Of a DNA stretch of 64,000 nucleotides, positions 37,290 to 49,757 are shown piece after piece. The position numbers and the translations under genes are program-made. The stretch comes from Camelus ferus (Eukaryota), in assembly GCF_009834535.1 (NCBI RefSeq), contig NC_045697.1, positions 105,774,001 through 105,838,000 of the forward strand. The letters run 5' to 3'. Position 1 is the first letter of the stretch. Each line of letters starts with the position of its first letter. The notes beneath the pieces were generated by a model. It searched no databases, was not told the origin of the DNA, and worked only from the letters and a program-made list of their open reading frames with translations.

Positions 37290-39513
37290 TAGTATTTTAA
37301 GATTACCTAAAAGAAATTAAGGGAATGACAGAAGCTGTGAAAGAACAACATAAATTATTTTTAATATAAGTGAGGTAACTGGAGAAAAGCAAGATTTGGA
37401 AGGAAAATGACAGACTCAGAAAACAAAAAAAGAATAAAATGACATTTATAGAATGCCAAGGAGATGAGAATAAATAAAATGACTGATAATACCTTAAAAG
37501 AAATAGAAGATAAAAAGGAGAAAAACTAAAAATAAATTAGGAAGAAGATTCAAAAAGGTGTTTAAAAGAAAGTATAGAGATAGAAGTTCATAGAGAAGGT
37601 TCAATATATTTGTCATAGGGGTCCTTATATGAAAACAAAATATACTCTATCAACTAAAAATTTTTAAAAATCCTTGAAATAAATTTATTTAAAACCTATG
37701 AAAGTGTATATCACATACCTGGGAAAATCTAAACAGAAAGACAAACATCAAGGCATAGCCTAGTAAAAATAATTGGATTAAAGAAATCCCTTGGGCATCA
37801 AGGTAAAAAACAAAACCATTCATAATAAAAGAAAATCAGATTGTCATTGGAGTTTTCAATGGCAACATTATTCTCTAGATCAATAGAGTAACACTTAAGA
37901 CATCCAAGAAAGAAAATGTAAGCCACATTTCCTATGTAGACAAACCCACTGTCAACATAAAGGGTGCAAACAAATGGTTATGAACCTGTAGTAATTCAGG
38001 AAATATTTTTCCTATGAGCTTTACCTGAGTAATTTATTAAAGAATGAACTTCAGCCAACCAAAAGGTTGGAGAGACATTGAAATTAACAAGGTAATGTTT
38101 ATACTTTCTTAGAATGAGGTATAGGACAATGATCAAAAATGGGGAGAGAATAGGTGATGTTTATAACAGGAAGAATAAGATTGATGATTGCTTTAAAAAG
38201 TATTAACTGGGAGTAAAAAAATATTACTCGATGTAGGCTGTTGTGCAAAAGAGTGAGGGGGAAGGAAAGGTTACTAGCTAATTTTGACATAGATCATCAT
38301 AGGGAATCAATAAACAATAGTTTAAAATAGAATTATGGACACTATAAGAAGATACTAATATGTATTCTAAGATGTTAATTTAATGTGTTTGTGTTGTGTA
38401 TATATGTATATACTATAGATTTCTTTATGTATGAAACAGAACTAAGGCAAAACATATGGATATATTGATCTTGTCAATAAATGCAAATAAGCTAAGGTCA
38501 CCTATTGAATTAAAAACAATTTCAGACTAGTTGACAAATTATAATTGAAACTATGATAAATACTAGATATCTAAGGAAGCAGAATTAAGATAAAATGCAT
38601 TAAGAGAAAGAAATGTGATTTTATAGTGCTGATGGCTACAAGGCATCCAATAACATAGTACCAACTTCCATAAAGCAGAAACTACCCCAACTACACCAAC
38701 AGGGAAATCTTTAGCACCCTTCTCTAAGTCCAAGTCAAACTGAGTGGACAAGATATTGGTAAAGCTATAGAAAAGTACAGAATATTCAAAAGTACAGTAG
38801 CTCTTAGAGATACATATCGAAACCTGTTCCCATAATGGAGGAGACTCTTTCTATGAAGTACGCATGGGATATTTATCAAAATTGGCTATATCAATGTACA
38901 GAAAAAGAACTAATTAAATTCTAAAGACTAGAAATAATATAAATAATAGTTTAGACCATAATAAAAAAAAACCCTAAAAATTAATAACAAAATCAAAAGC
39001 CAAACAGATTCTTCTGTTTAGAATTTTTAAAAAAATCCTATGAAACAACTAATGGATCTCAAGGGAAGTGAAAAATAAAATTACTTCTTTAACATTATGA
39101 TTTAACACATGACATATCTGAATCTGTGGAAAACAGACAAAGAAGTTATTAGAAGAAATTCGTAGAATTAATTATTACCTAAATAGCAATGTAAACATTC
39201 CACCTCAAAATCTTAGAAAAAGAAAAGCAAACACACAAAACACAAAATAAAATAGGAAGAAATTAATGAAGATAAAAACGAATTTAAAAACTGAGATAAG
39301 TAGAATTATTAAATAAAATTAAATGCTGTTTCTTAGAAAAAAACCTCAACAAGATGGGCAAGCCATTGTGTAACTTAAGAGCAAAAGGGAGAAAGTACAA
39401 ATACACAAAGTCCAAAATGACAAGAAGGAAATAGCCATGACAAAAGAAACTTAAAACAAGAGTTATAAGAAACTACTTTGTATTACTTTATCAAATAAGG
39501 TTTAAAACTTTGA
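37290..39513 (+). mobile_element. Old L1 ORF1-ORF2 remnant (probably extends 5' into 36100-36770)
   Basis: A-rich sense L1: ORF1 C-terminal-like segment at ~37850-37960, endonuclease GDFNTPLS-like segment (gggaaatctttagcacccttctct) at ~38700, continuing to a NKFENL-like aaggtttaaaact. Confidence 0.75.
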
Positions 39514-39514
39514 G

Positions 39515-41004
39515 CAGGATTCTGTAAACTACACAGGTTGTGAACCTGTCAATGAAAAATTAATCAATAGTCAGTCTAAGAAAGAAGTGGAAAATGTTAT
39601 TCAAGCCAAACTGAGGATTATAGCTCTGGAGACAGCCTCTCCGAGAGCTCTGAGAACTGTTCTGAAGAGATAAAGGGGGAAGGCAGTATCTATGTGGTTT
39701 TGGTGTGGGGCAATGGAGCACACATCTCAGTAGAAGGTTGCTGCTAGTCATGAGCAACAGACATCTTACTTAATGGCTTTAGTGCTTTTCTAAGTATGGG
39801 AAGATGCATGAACCCAGGTTTATAAATTTCTCCTGAAAATATCTATCTGAAGGCCCATTCTGCCAGTTTTCCCAAAGCACAGAATTCCTTATCCTGATCT
39901 TCCCCCCAATTCCTTTCAGGGTGTAGTGTAGGTCAGCTTTTCAGCGACCACAGTGGCTGACTTGATTCTTGTCAAACTGGATGATGGGCAACATTCTTTA
40001 TTTTATAAAGTCCCTTCCCTTTTGGTCTTAATTTTGACCAAAGTTTGGGAGGCATTTCTTGACCAATTTGTCCCACAATGCTAAGGATGCTCACTCTCAG
40101 GACAGGAGAGGATTTTGTTAATAAGCCACTCAGTGTGTTAGTACTGGACTATGCTCAGTTACATTAAGACCTCCTGTCTTCCTGGTCTGTTATGGTCCAG
40201 AAAATGGTTTCCTCTAGTTGCTTCTTTCCACATCCAGTATCACACTATTACACTCATGGATCTCACAGAACTTATAGAATTCAATTTGCCTAACATCATT
40301 AATTTTATCTGAGGCTCAGTCGCACATTTGGTATGCAAGAAACAATAATCTTGTAAAGTAGATAGAATACAAGTAATATAGCTGATAATATTAATAAGGT
40401 CATAAGTAAGTATTTAAGCTAAGAATTTCCATTAGGTGTGGCTCAGTATCTCTTCAGATTGTCTAACTAGTCTGTTCCACACCAATCACTATCTTTAAGG
40501 GAAGGGATACATTGACATTGTACATAAAGTTCACCAAAGATGTGTGCACCACTCACAAAAGTGAATTGTGAGTTATCATGACCCCTTACAGGATTGAGCA
40601 AGAAATGTTACCTTGTAAGGAGTCACATGGCTAGCACCAGAAGAGAAAAAGTGATCTTTATGGTTGCACAGGTATTTCTGCCATGGAGGAGGTCTGGGTA
40701 ACACATGATGCATGCACAATGCACACTAGAGGGGAGCAGGGAGGTCACAGGGCAGAGAAAGTTTTGTGTGTACATTTTTCTTGCCTTGCCTTAAAGTGTG
40801 AATTTTTCTTTCATCTGGCCAAAACTGGCCTGTTGCCTGTTTTTGTAAGTAAATTTTTATTGAATCACATCCATTCTTTTATATATTGTATATGGTTGCT
40901 TTTGCTAAAATGGTAGAGTTGCATAGTTGTGACAAAGACTTCATTGTCCTCAAAACCAAAATATTTACTATCAAACCCTTTACAGAAAAGATTTGGTGAT
41001 CTTG
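39515..41004 (+). mobile_element. MER58A hAT MITE split by an LTR (parts ~39515-39546 and 40814-41004)
   Basis: caggattctgtaaactac...[LTR]...ggccaaaactggcctgttgcctgtttttgtaagtaaa...aaaatatttactatcaaaccctttacagaaaagatttg. Confidence 0.8.
39547..40813 (-). mobile_element. ERV1-class solo LTR (~1.27 kb)
   Basis: TG...CA termini; ERV1-LTR-like antisense motifs (tttagtgcttttctaagtatgggaagatgca, tatctgaaggcc..ttctgccagttttccc); interrupts MER58A. Confidence 0.7.
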
Positions 41005-41123
41005 ATCTAGAAAAACAGTGGTTTTCTTTTTGGAAAAAGTAAACTTCAAAATGAACTTTATTGGGAACACAATGTCACAGATTATCCTAGGAGAAGTAGA
41101 GTATATAGTTAAAGCATTACTCC
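41005..41123 (+). mobile_element. Continuation of old L1 ORF2
   Basis: Resumes with FLEK-NL-K and EIE-VIK-LP-like sequence after MER58A. Confidence 0.55.
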
Positions 41124-41710
41124 ATACCTTTCCCTCTCCACTGAGAGACACCAGGAGACCAGGGTTATCAAGAAAGACAATCCACAAGTACTCAGCCCAT
41201 GAAGACTCTCTCTCTGCATTCCTAAGACTCCCCTTCCCTACCAAGAGACACTGGGTGGCCACGTAGCCTCATAAGGCAGATCCAGCCACAACAAGCTGAC
41301 TATGAAGTCTCTTTAACTCTGTGGGCTAGAGACTCCCTTCCCCTACCTAGTGGCACCAAGTGGCTGGCCCAGCCCTCAGAAGCTTCTTCTGTCTCCTCCT
41401 TAAAATATTTAAATAAGACCCAGAAACTTCTAATATAGTTGCCCAAAATGTCCAGCATGCAACTGAAAATCACCCACCAGACCAAGAACCAGAATTCACA
41501 AATTTAATGAGAAGAGGTAATCAACCGATGCCAACATGAAGGTGAATTGGATTTTAAGATTATCTGATAAGGACTTTAAAGCAGCCATCATAAAAATGCT
41601 GTAACAAGCAATTACAAATTTCCTTGAAACAAATTGAAAAAATAGGAAATCTCAAGGAAATAGAAATTACAAAACAGAACAAAATGGAAGGAAGAACTGA
41701 GAAATACAAC
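41124..41710 (+). mobile_element. L1 5'UTR/ORF1-start fragment (old L1M)
   Basis: aaaatgtccagcatgcaactgaaaatcac...attatctgataaggactttaaagcagccatcataaaaatgct. Confidence 0.7.
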
Positions 41711-41714
41711 AGAA

Positions 41715-42220
41715 AAGTAGATTTGAACAAGTGGAAAGACATACACCATTACCTTGGGTAGAAAGTGTCTACATCCATTAAAGTGTTAGTTTTACCTAAT
41801 GTATAAGTTTAATACTTCAACTGAGGAAACGTGAATGTTGATTGGATGTTTATTTTATTTTTTTTAAATTTTTTATTGATTTATATTCCCTGTGCTATAC
41901 AGTATAATCTCGTTTAATTTTTCTATGAAATAATTATCAAATTTTTAAGTGTTATCAACAATTGGTGGTTATAATGATGAGAGTGAGTTTTTATCTCTTG
42001 GAGATAAACAGTGAAATACACAATAAACAGAATATTTGAGATCTGCTTCAAAAAATGAAAGAGGGTAGTGAGTGTGAATAAGGATGAAACAAGATCAGCA
42101 ATGTATTAATTTGTTGATAATCTTTGAAGCTGAGTGACAGATATGTATGGTCTACTTACACAATATTCTCTACTTCTGTATGTGTTTGAGATTTTCCAAA
42201 ATAAAAAGTTTTTTAAAATG
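41715..42220 (+). mobile_element. L1 ORF2 C-terminal piece joined to an L1MC/ME-type 3' end
   Basis: gatttgaacaagtggaaagacatac (DLNKWKDI); 3'UTR tattctctacttctgtatgtgtttgagattttccaaaataaaaag. Confidence 0.7.
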
Positions 42221-42407
42221 TCCTCAAAATCTAGGATTTTGCTGATATCTTGAATTGGTGAAAAAAAAAAAAAAGGTGAAATAGAAGAGGCTGGCTTTTG
42301 AGTGAGATGAAAGCAGAGGAATAAGACCATACGAGAGAAAGAGTAATTACAGGTGCCTGAAGAAGAGTTAGCCTGGACAACCCCTGGAGAAATATCCAGA
42401 ATCCACC

Positions 42408-42858
42408 TTTTTTTTTTTTTTAATTGAACTACAGTCAGTTACAATGAGTCAATTTCTGGTGTATAGCACAATGTCCCAGTCATGCATAATGAAAAAAATT
42501 TTCATATTTTTTCATTAAAGATTATTACAAGATATTGAGTATAGTATGTGCTATACAGAAGAAATTTTTAAATCTATTTTTATATATAGTCACTAACATT
42601 TGCAAATCTCAAACTCCCAAATTTATCCCTTCCCACCCTCTTTCCCCTGGTAAACATAAGATTGTTTATTATGTCTGTGAGTCTGTTTCTGTTTTGTGGA
42701 TCAGTTCATTCTAGGTCCATCCATGTTGCTGCAAATGGCATTATTTTATTATTTTTTATGACTTAGTAGTATTCCATTGTTTAAATATACCACAGCTTCT
42801 TTATCTAGTCATCTGTTGATGGAATTTAGGTTGTTTCCATGTCTTGGCTATTGTATAT
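42408..42858 (-). mobile_element. Young camelid-type L1 3' end with TSD
   Basis: Poly-T, aattgaactacagtcagttacaat...gtcttggctattgta; TSD cagaatccac at 42397-42406 and 42859-42868. Confidence 0.9.
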
Positions 42859-43194
42859 CAGAATCCACAATTTTTTAAGACTGTAACTTCAAAATAATGA
42901 TCTGCCCTGTCTTCCTTAAAAAGGGTTCTTAAAAGAGAAGAGATTCTAAAGAAATAATACCAAAATCCCCTGAAATACTCTAAATTCTATTTCAAAATCA
43001 CCCTTAACATTTTCTTCTTACACTCCTTTTTTTTTCTTCTAATTAATTGTTCCTTTTCTTTGAACACAATAAGAGTAAAAGATAAATATTTTAGAGTATT
43101 TTACTGGTTTTCAGTTTTCTGTTTTGTTTGATTACTTCTCTTGGACAATAGTATTGTTTTATGATTTGTTCTGGTATTAATTAGCTGAATATTT

Positions 43195-43365
43195 GTGGGT
43201 TAGAATATGTTTTCTGAAGGTAGATTATGTAGATTTGAATCCAGCCCCTATTGTTTGTGACCTGTGTGACTCTGCGCAAATTGCTTACCCTTTCTATGCT
43301 TCCTTATCTGTAAAATGGGAATATGCTTGTATCTAAGATAGTGGTTAGGATGAGTGATATCACAC
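43195..43365 (+). mobile_element. MIR SINE
   Basis: gatttgaatccagccc...ctgtgtgactctgcgcaaattgcttaccc...ccttatctgtaaaatggga. Confidence 0.75.
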
Positions 43366-43536
43366 AATTATTGTGGAACTGAGGGAATGTTACAGACTGT
43401 CTATTCATATGTTTGTGGCCTTTGATTAAGCTCAATGCATGGGATACATCAGCAATTTATTTACTTAACTAACCTGGGGCTTGGACTGAGTGTGTGATGG
43501 TTTGGTATATGATTCTGTCATTCTCCACTGCCCATC

Positions 43537-44637
43537 AGCATTGGTTTCCTATGGCTGCTGTAACAAATTACCATCAACTTGGTGGCTTAAAGTAGACATT
43601 GATTCTCTCAGTCCTGGAGGCCATTGATCTGCAACCAAGGAGTAGGCAGGGCCACATTCCCACTAGAGGTCTTAGGGAGGAATCCTTCCTTGCCTCTTCC
43701 AGCTCCTGTTGGCCCCTGGCATCCCCTAGGCTTATAATTGAGCTGAATTGCTCCACTTCCTGTCTATAGCTGCCTTCATACGACCTTTATCTAAATTGAT
43801 GTAGAGTTGATGTACAATGTTGTGTCAGTTTCAGGTGTACAGCAAAGTGATTCAGTTTTATATATATAAATATAAATTCTATATATTCTTCAGATTCTTT
43901 TCCATTATAGGTTATTATAAGTTATTGAATATAGCTCCATGAGCTATACAGTAGGTCCTTGTTATTTATCTATTTGATACATAATAATATCTATCTATTA
44001 ATACCAAGCCCCTAATTTATCCCTCCCCTCCTTTGGTAACCATAGGATTATCTTCTATGTCCTTGAGTTTCTTTCTGTTTTGTAAATAATTTCATTTGTA
44101 TCATTTTTTAGATTGCACAAATAAGTGATATCATATGATATTTGTCTTTCTCTGTCTGATTTCACTTAGTATGATTATCTCTAGGTCCATACACATTGCT
44201 ACAAATGGCATTATTTCATTCTTTCTTCTGGTTGAGTAGTATTCCATTGTATATATATATACCACATCTTCCTTTATTCATTCATCTGTTAGTGACATTT
44301 AGGTTGCTTTCATGTCCTAGCTATTATAAATAGAGCTGCTGTGAACATTGGGGTGAATGTATCTTTTCAAATGAATAGTTTTTGTCTTTTTCAAATACAT
44401 GTCCAGGAGTGGGATTGCTGAATCATATGATAACTCTATTTTTTCTCTCTCTTTGTATCATTTTCTGTCTCTTATAAAGATATTCTCATTGAATTTGGGG
44501 CCCACCCTAATCCAGTATGATCTCATCTCAAGTCTTAACTATAATTATATCTGCAAAAACCCTATCTCCAAATAAAGCCACATTCTAGGGCTCCAGGTAG
44601 AAATGAAAATTGGGGGGACATTGTTCAATCTCCTATA
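43537..44637 (-). mobile_element. MaLR LTR (MLT1B-like) interrupted by an L1
   Basis: Left part ggctgctgtaacaaattaccatcaacttggtggctt (43537-43785); right part gggcccaccctaatccagtatgatctcatctc (44441-44637). Confidence 0.82.
43786..44440 (-). mobile_element. L1 3' end (cetartiodactyl type) inserted in the MLT1 LTR
   Basis: ttgatgtagagttgatgtacaatgttgtgtcagtttcaggtgtacagcaaagtgattcag...gtccaggagtgggattgctgaatcatatg. Confidence 0.9.
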
Positions 44638-44669
44638 GTATCTAAAGATACATAGGAACTATTTTGATT

Positions 44670-44953
44670 TGGCTTCCTTGGCTTGTGGTTGTATCACTCC
44701 AATCTCTGCCTCTGTTTTCATATCACCTCCTCTCTGTGTCTTCTCCACTGTATGTGTTTGTCCCCAAAATTCCTTTGCCTCTTTCTCTAAGATGATTATA
44801 TTTAGGGCTCACAAAGATAATTCTGGATAAATCACCTTCTCTCAAGAACCTTAACTTAATCACATCTGTTGCCATTTTAGGTAATGTTCATAAGTTCTGG
44901 GGATTAGGATACAGACATGTATTTTGGGGGACCACCATTCAGTTCACCACACA
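44670..44953 (-). mobile_element. Partial MaLR LTR (MLT1C-like)
   Basis: ccttggcttgtgg...atcactccaatctctgcctct...ctcaagaaccttaacttaatcacatctg...gggggaccaccattcagttcaccaca. Confidence 0.8.
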
Positions 44954-45641
44954 ATCTAAAGAAGACACCCCTGGCAGAAGTATCTAATGAGGAGCCTAGC
45001 TAGATGCAGACATAAAATTCAAAGGCATCAGCTTTGGAGGCAGATGAAAAGGCAGCAGAATTGTTTGAGAAAATGCTAGAACACTGTTTGTTACAGTAGC
45101 ACCCTAGGCTGTGACAACCCTGGATTCAGAAAATGTTGCTGTTTTGAATTTCCACTGCCAAGGTCAAGGTTTACTGAAAGAATGCTACAACCAAGAACAG
45201 GCTTCATTACTTTTGTTTGGTAACCTGACTTCAAAGTGCCCCAGCGTGCTGGACCACATTCTTGACTTATTCTGGATGTTTAGAACACTGTTTAAGTGAA
45301 TGGCCATGACATTTTTATATTATTTTACATTTAATTCCAAATGTAACACATGCTCCTTGTTAGAATTTTAAACAGCTTTGGCATATATAAGTATAAAGTG
45401 AAAAAGCTTTATCCCCTATTTTCTAATTACTTTCTTTATCCCAACATCACCACATCAGTCTTCAGTGGAACTGTTATTAGTGGTGTAGGGTTTGTTTTTC
45501 CATACATTTTCATGTATATGTAAATACACATAACCAAAATAAACTCATACCATACATATTAATCTGCAGCTTTTTTTTCAGCTGTAATCTCTTTAACCTT
45601 TCTTAAAAGTACTGTTTGATTTTCCAGGAAACAACATTGTT

Positions 45642-45969
45642 CTGAAAACTAAATTGCCACTTCTAATATCAGCCATCTATTGTAACAATCCAGATGAGAA
45701 ACGATAGTGGATATTGTTAGCAATAGAGCTGTGAGAAATGGCCAAATAATGAAGATCTAGATGCTCACCGAGATCCAAACACCCAATCCACAATATTCTT
45801 TTTATCCTGAAAAAGACTAAATTGCTACTTCTAATGTCATCCATCTATTGTAACAATCCAGGTGAGAAATGATGGTGGATAGTTTTTGCAATAGAGCTGT
45901 GAGAATTGGCCAAATAATGGCTATCCAGATGCCTACTGAGATCCAAACACCCAACTCATAATATTCTTT
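45642..45969. repeat. Diverged tandem duplication, 2 x 168 bp
   Basis: actaaattg at 45648 and 45816; aatattcttt ending at 45801 and 45969; shared blocks ccatctattgtaacaatccag, gcaatagagctgtgagaa, gagatccaaacacccaa. Confidence 0.95.
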
Positions 45970-46440
45970 GAAACACTTTTGTAAATTGAGAATCGAGTAA
46001 GTGATTCATTCGTTTCTATTTACTGCTAAAGAAGCCAAGCACATTTTCGTTACTTTTGCTTTGACAGGAAGCATCATCTACTTTACTTCCAATTTAAAAT
46101 GCTCTATTATAACTACTCAGATAGACTCTAAAGTCTTCCCACTCCCATTCATTATTTGTATCTGTGTTATCATATGCATATGGTTTAAATATGGAATTTT
46201 CACCAGCGGCAATTTCATGTTGCTTCTTTGTCATGAAAATATTGTTTTACTCTTACTATCTTTCACCATCATCTTCACTGTTATTTTCATCAACAGCATA
46301 TGCTGTTAGTTAGGTTTAAGACCTCCATAGCACTATCCTAGGAGATACAGAGACATGTGAAGTATCCATCCTTTTCTTAAGAAGCTAAATATCTGAATGG
46401 GGAGACAGAATATATAGTAGTTTGAGTATCACAGATTGGT

Positions 46441-47745
46441 GAATTCATTCATTCATCAGGTATTTTTTTAAATACTTGTATGTAAAATAATTATATATCA
46501 GGCATGGTTCTAGGCTCTAAGAGAAAGCATCAAACCAGACAAAAATTTCTGCCCTTACAGATTTTATATTCTAGAGGGAGGGCAAAGTAATTAACAAGAA
46601 AACTATAAGGTATGTTAGAAGATTATCGGCACTATGGAGAAAAATAAGAAAGGGTAACAAAGATGCAGGGTGCAGGGGGTTATGTATGTGCAATTTTAAA
46701 TTATATGGGCAGGGTGGACCTCACTGAAAAGGTGATATTCAGGCAAACTTGAAAGAAGTATGGGAGTAAGGGGTGAGAATATTTCATGCAGAAGAGACAG
46801 AGCAAAATCCCTGAGGCAGGGTCATACCTGATGGCTTCAGAGAACAGCAAGGAGGGCAGCGTGGCAGAGTAGAGTGAGCAAAGAGGCAGTAAGAAGTGGG
46901 ATAAGAGTAGTCCAAAGGGATCAGAACCTTGGCTTTTACTCTGTTAGTAGTAAGGAGATATTAAGGGTTTCAAGCAGAAGAGTAACATTCTAGATTGAGA
47001 ACAGACTCAAGTGTGAGCTATTTGATGTTGAGTGATCACCTAGGACACTGCTGCAGTAATTCAGGTGAGGGGTGACAGTGGCTGGGACCACGGTGGTAGT
47101 AGTGGAAAAGTCATCAGTAATACATTAGGAAGGTACAGATAGCAGGATTTTCTGATGAATGGGAGATAGATTGTTAGACAAACTGGGGACTACTTCACAT
47201 TTTACTTGTCTGGGGAGCTGGAATAATGGAGTGGCTAGAACAATAAGGCACCAAAGTTAGGCATTCATTTTGGCACATGTTGAGCCTGAGATGTTTATTA
47301 GACAGACAAGTGGAAATGTTACATAGGCAATTGGACATAGAAACCAGCATTTAGGAAAAGGATCAAGTGGAGATAGAACTCTTGCAGTCTTCAGGGCATA
47401 GGTGGTCTTCCCAGCGATGACACTCGGGGACATCAGGAAGATGTAGGACATCAAGGTAGGGAACAGGTCTGAGGATGGGCCCTGGAACACTCCTGTGGAA
47501 AACTGAGAAGAGGAGAGACCTGAAAGAAACCAGTGAAGATCAGTGAGGTAGAAGGAACACTCAGGAAGCCATGAAAAACTGTACCAAGGAAGAGCGATCA
47601 ATTTTATTGTATATCGTCGATAGAAGAAGAAAGAGAAGAGAAGCAAATATACTATGGAAACTCTTTATAGGAAAGCAAAAGGAGCAGCAATAGGGGGAAG
47701 GAGCTGGAGGGGAAGGTGTGCCAAGGACTTATTTTTAAAGATGAA
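46441..47745 (-). mobile_element. L2 LINE 3' portion (~1.3 kb)
   Basis: gaattcattcattcat, ggcatggttctaggctct, cctcactgaaaaggtgatattc, ttggcacatgttgagcctgagatgtttattagacagacaagtggaaatgt. Confidence 0.85.
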
Positions 47746-47804
47746 GAATTAGTGCTACAGATAAGATATTTTGTTTAGTCTTTAATGAATTTTGAATTTG
47801 AATG

Positions 47805-48385
47805 TGCAGGGGAGGAAAACTTTTCTTTGTCCTCTACCCATCTTAGATGTGTTGCCTGGGCCCCTGTAAATTACAGTGACAAAAGACAGATTAATAACGA
47901 AAAACAAACAGAAGTTTATTGACATGTGCATCTCGTATGCATATGAGAGTACTAGGTGATGAGTAACTCAAAGGGGTGGTTAAAACTTGGGCTTTATAAT
48001 ATAGCATCTTAAAGAAAAAAATGATGCATTTTTAAAGAAGTAACAAAACAACAAAAAAAGAAGCTTTGTTTCTAAGGTTGCAAATTATGAAAAGGTAAAT
48101 ATATTAGGGAACTAATGGAAGACAAAGGCAAGTTATAAAGTTTGTTTTGTAGATTCCTCTGGTACTGTCTCTGGGCTGGTAAGGGTCTTGTTATCTCTCG
48201 TGATTAACTTTTGTCTTCTTGGATGGGAGTAGGGGACATATTTACAAATTTATGTTCTCCTTTTAGGCAAATAAGAGAAAAATGAGAACTTTCCTTGTAT
48301 CTACTTCTTCTCAGTTGCCTTCAGTTCAAAATAATCCTTATGGCAAAGTGGCATATTTTGGGGTGGCATATTCTGCTACCCTTCA
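47805..48385 (-). mobile_element. ERV1 solo LTR (MER41/MER4-group-like)
   Basis: TG...CA, 581 bp; gacaaaagacagattaa...aaacagaagtttatt; end caaagtggcatattttggggtggcatattctgctacccttca; 4-bp TSD-like aatg/gatg. Confidence 0.8.
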
Positions 48386-48624
48386 GATGCCTTTGAAAGG
48401 GCACGTTCTCTTCAGTTCTCCACACTTGTCACTTACTATCTTTGTCTAGTCCCTATAGGCCTTGCAACTCTTGCAGGAAACTCTGTGCCCTTGTGGATTT
48501 AATACTGTAGTTGTGGTATTTGTGAATGACCCTGGAAGACAGGCAGTCATTTGTAACTATACTGAGGCACTTTTAGTTGACTTTTGAAACAGAAAATACA
48601 TTTTTTGGTCCTTTGGAAAATGAC

Positions 48625-49082
48625 AAAACTAAAATTTGTTTATGGTATATAATTTAAAAAATATATAAAAACAGAAAAGGGAAATAAGTATGAATCACAA
48701 TCTACTATCAGAGATAATCCCCTGTTGACACTTAGGCATATATACTTACATATAGTCTTTGGGTTCTTTTTCTTTTTACTGAAACTATATTTAAGAAAAA
48801 TGGGGTCCATAGCATAAATAATGTTGTATGATTTACTTTCTACATTCAACACAGCATAAAGTCTTTTGAAATCATGAAGTATTTTTATTATGTCTTCAGA
48901 GATCTACAATATCATTTTTATAAATATGTAGAATTTCATTGTATGGATGGGTCAAAATTTAATTGATCAGGTGTTTGGATATGTATTTATTTACTTACTT
49001 ATTGTGAATAAAATAATGTGACAGATGAACATCCTTGCAGCAAATCTTTGCATGCATATATTCCTAAAAGAGGATTATTAGT
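48625..49082 (-). mobile_element. Old L1ME-type 3' fragment
   Basis: tttcattgtatggatg...gatgaacatccttgcagcaaatctttg...attcctaaaagaggatta. Confidence 0.6.
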
Positions 49083-49757
49083 GCCTCAAAGCTGGCGCTG
49101 AAAAGTGAGTTTCTTGGCCAGAGAGTGAGCCAGCTGACTTCCTCATGCAAAACTCCAGGAAAGCTTTGTGGTCTTATTAAAATAAAGTACCTCATTCAGT
49201 CTTCACCCAAAGACATAAATATTATAAAGTTCTTCTTTTAAGAAATGAGGAAATTTTGGGAAAGTCGCTGTTCACGCTGAGATAGAGACCCTCAGATATA
49301 GGAAAACATCAATGATCCAAATTAGAAGTATGCTTTACATATAGCTTCTCCTAATCTGTCTTTAGTCTTTTAAATAAATAGCACCATGTCTAGCTGGATC
49401 CTCTCAGGCATTAAGTCTTCAGTGACAATTTCAAGGGTGTTTGTTTTGTTTTGTTTTATTTTTATTTTTATTTTTTGCTGCCAAGCATTTAAACTCATCC
49501 TTTTTATTATTTAGTGTATGAGCAACAGTACAGAGCACTGCACATTTTGGCTTGACTTTTTAATGCCTATCATTTTATTAATTAGGTGAGTTGATTACTT
49601 TGCCATCTCTTCTTTTCTCAAATATCGCATGAATTCCCTTTCAACCATGCTGGAACTGCTTTAATTGCAGTCAGAGGCCCTTCCATGCTAAACTCCTTCG
49701 AACTTTTAAGGTTTGTTGTCTCCTTGCATAATTTTCATGTAGCTGATATCCATCTTT

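Noticed and set aside
45642..45969. CRISPR-like or satellite array
   Set aside because: Only two long diverged units, no repeat-spacer structure, eukaryotic context.
46001..46309. Hydrophobic 102-aa membrane-protein-like ORF
   Set aside because: T-rich low-complexity sequence, GTG start, no recognisable family or exon structure.
47805..48385. Interferon-inducible STAT1 (GAS) enhancer as described for some MER41 LTRs
   Set aside because: Manual scan found no TTCnnnGAA in this copy (closest ttccttgta).
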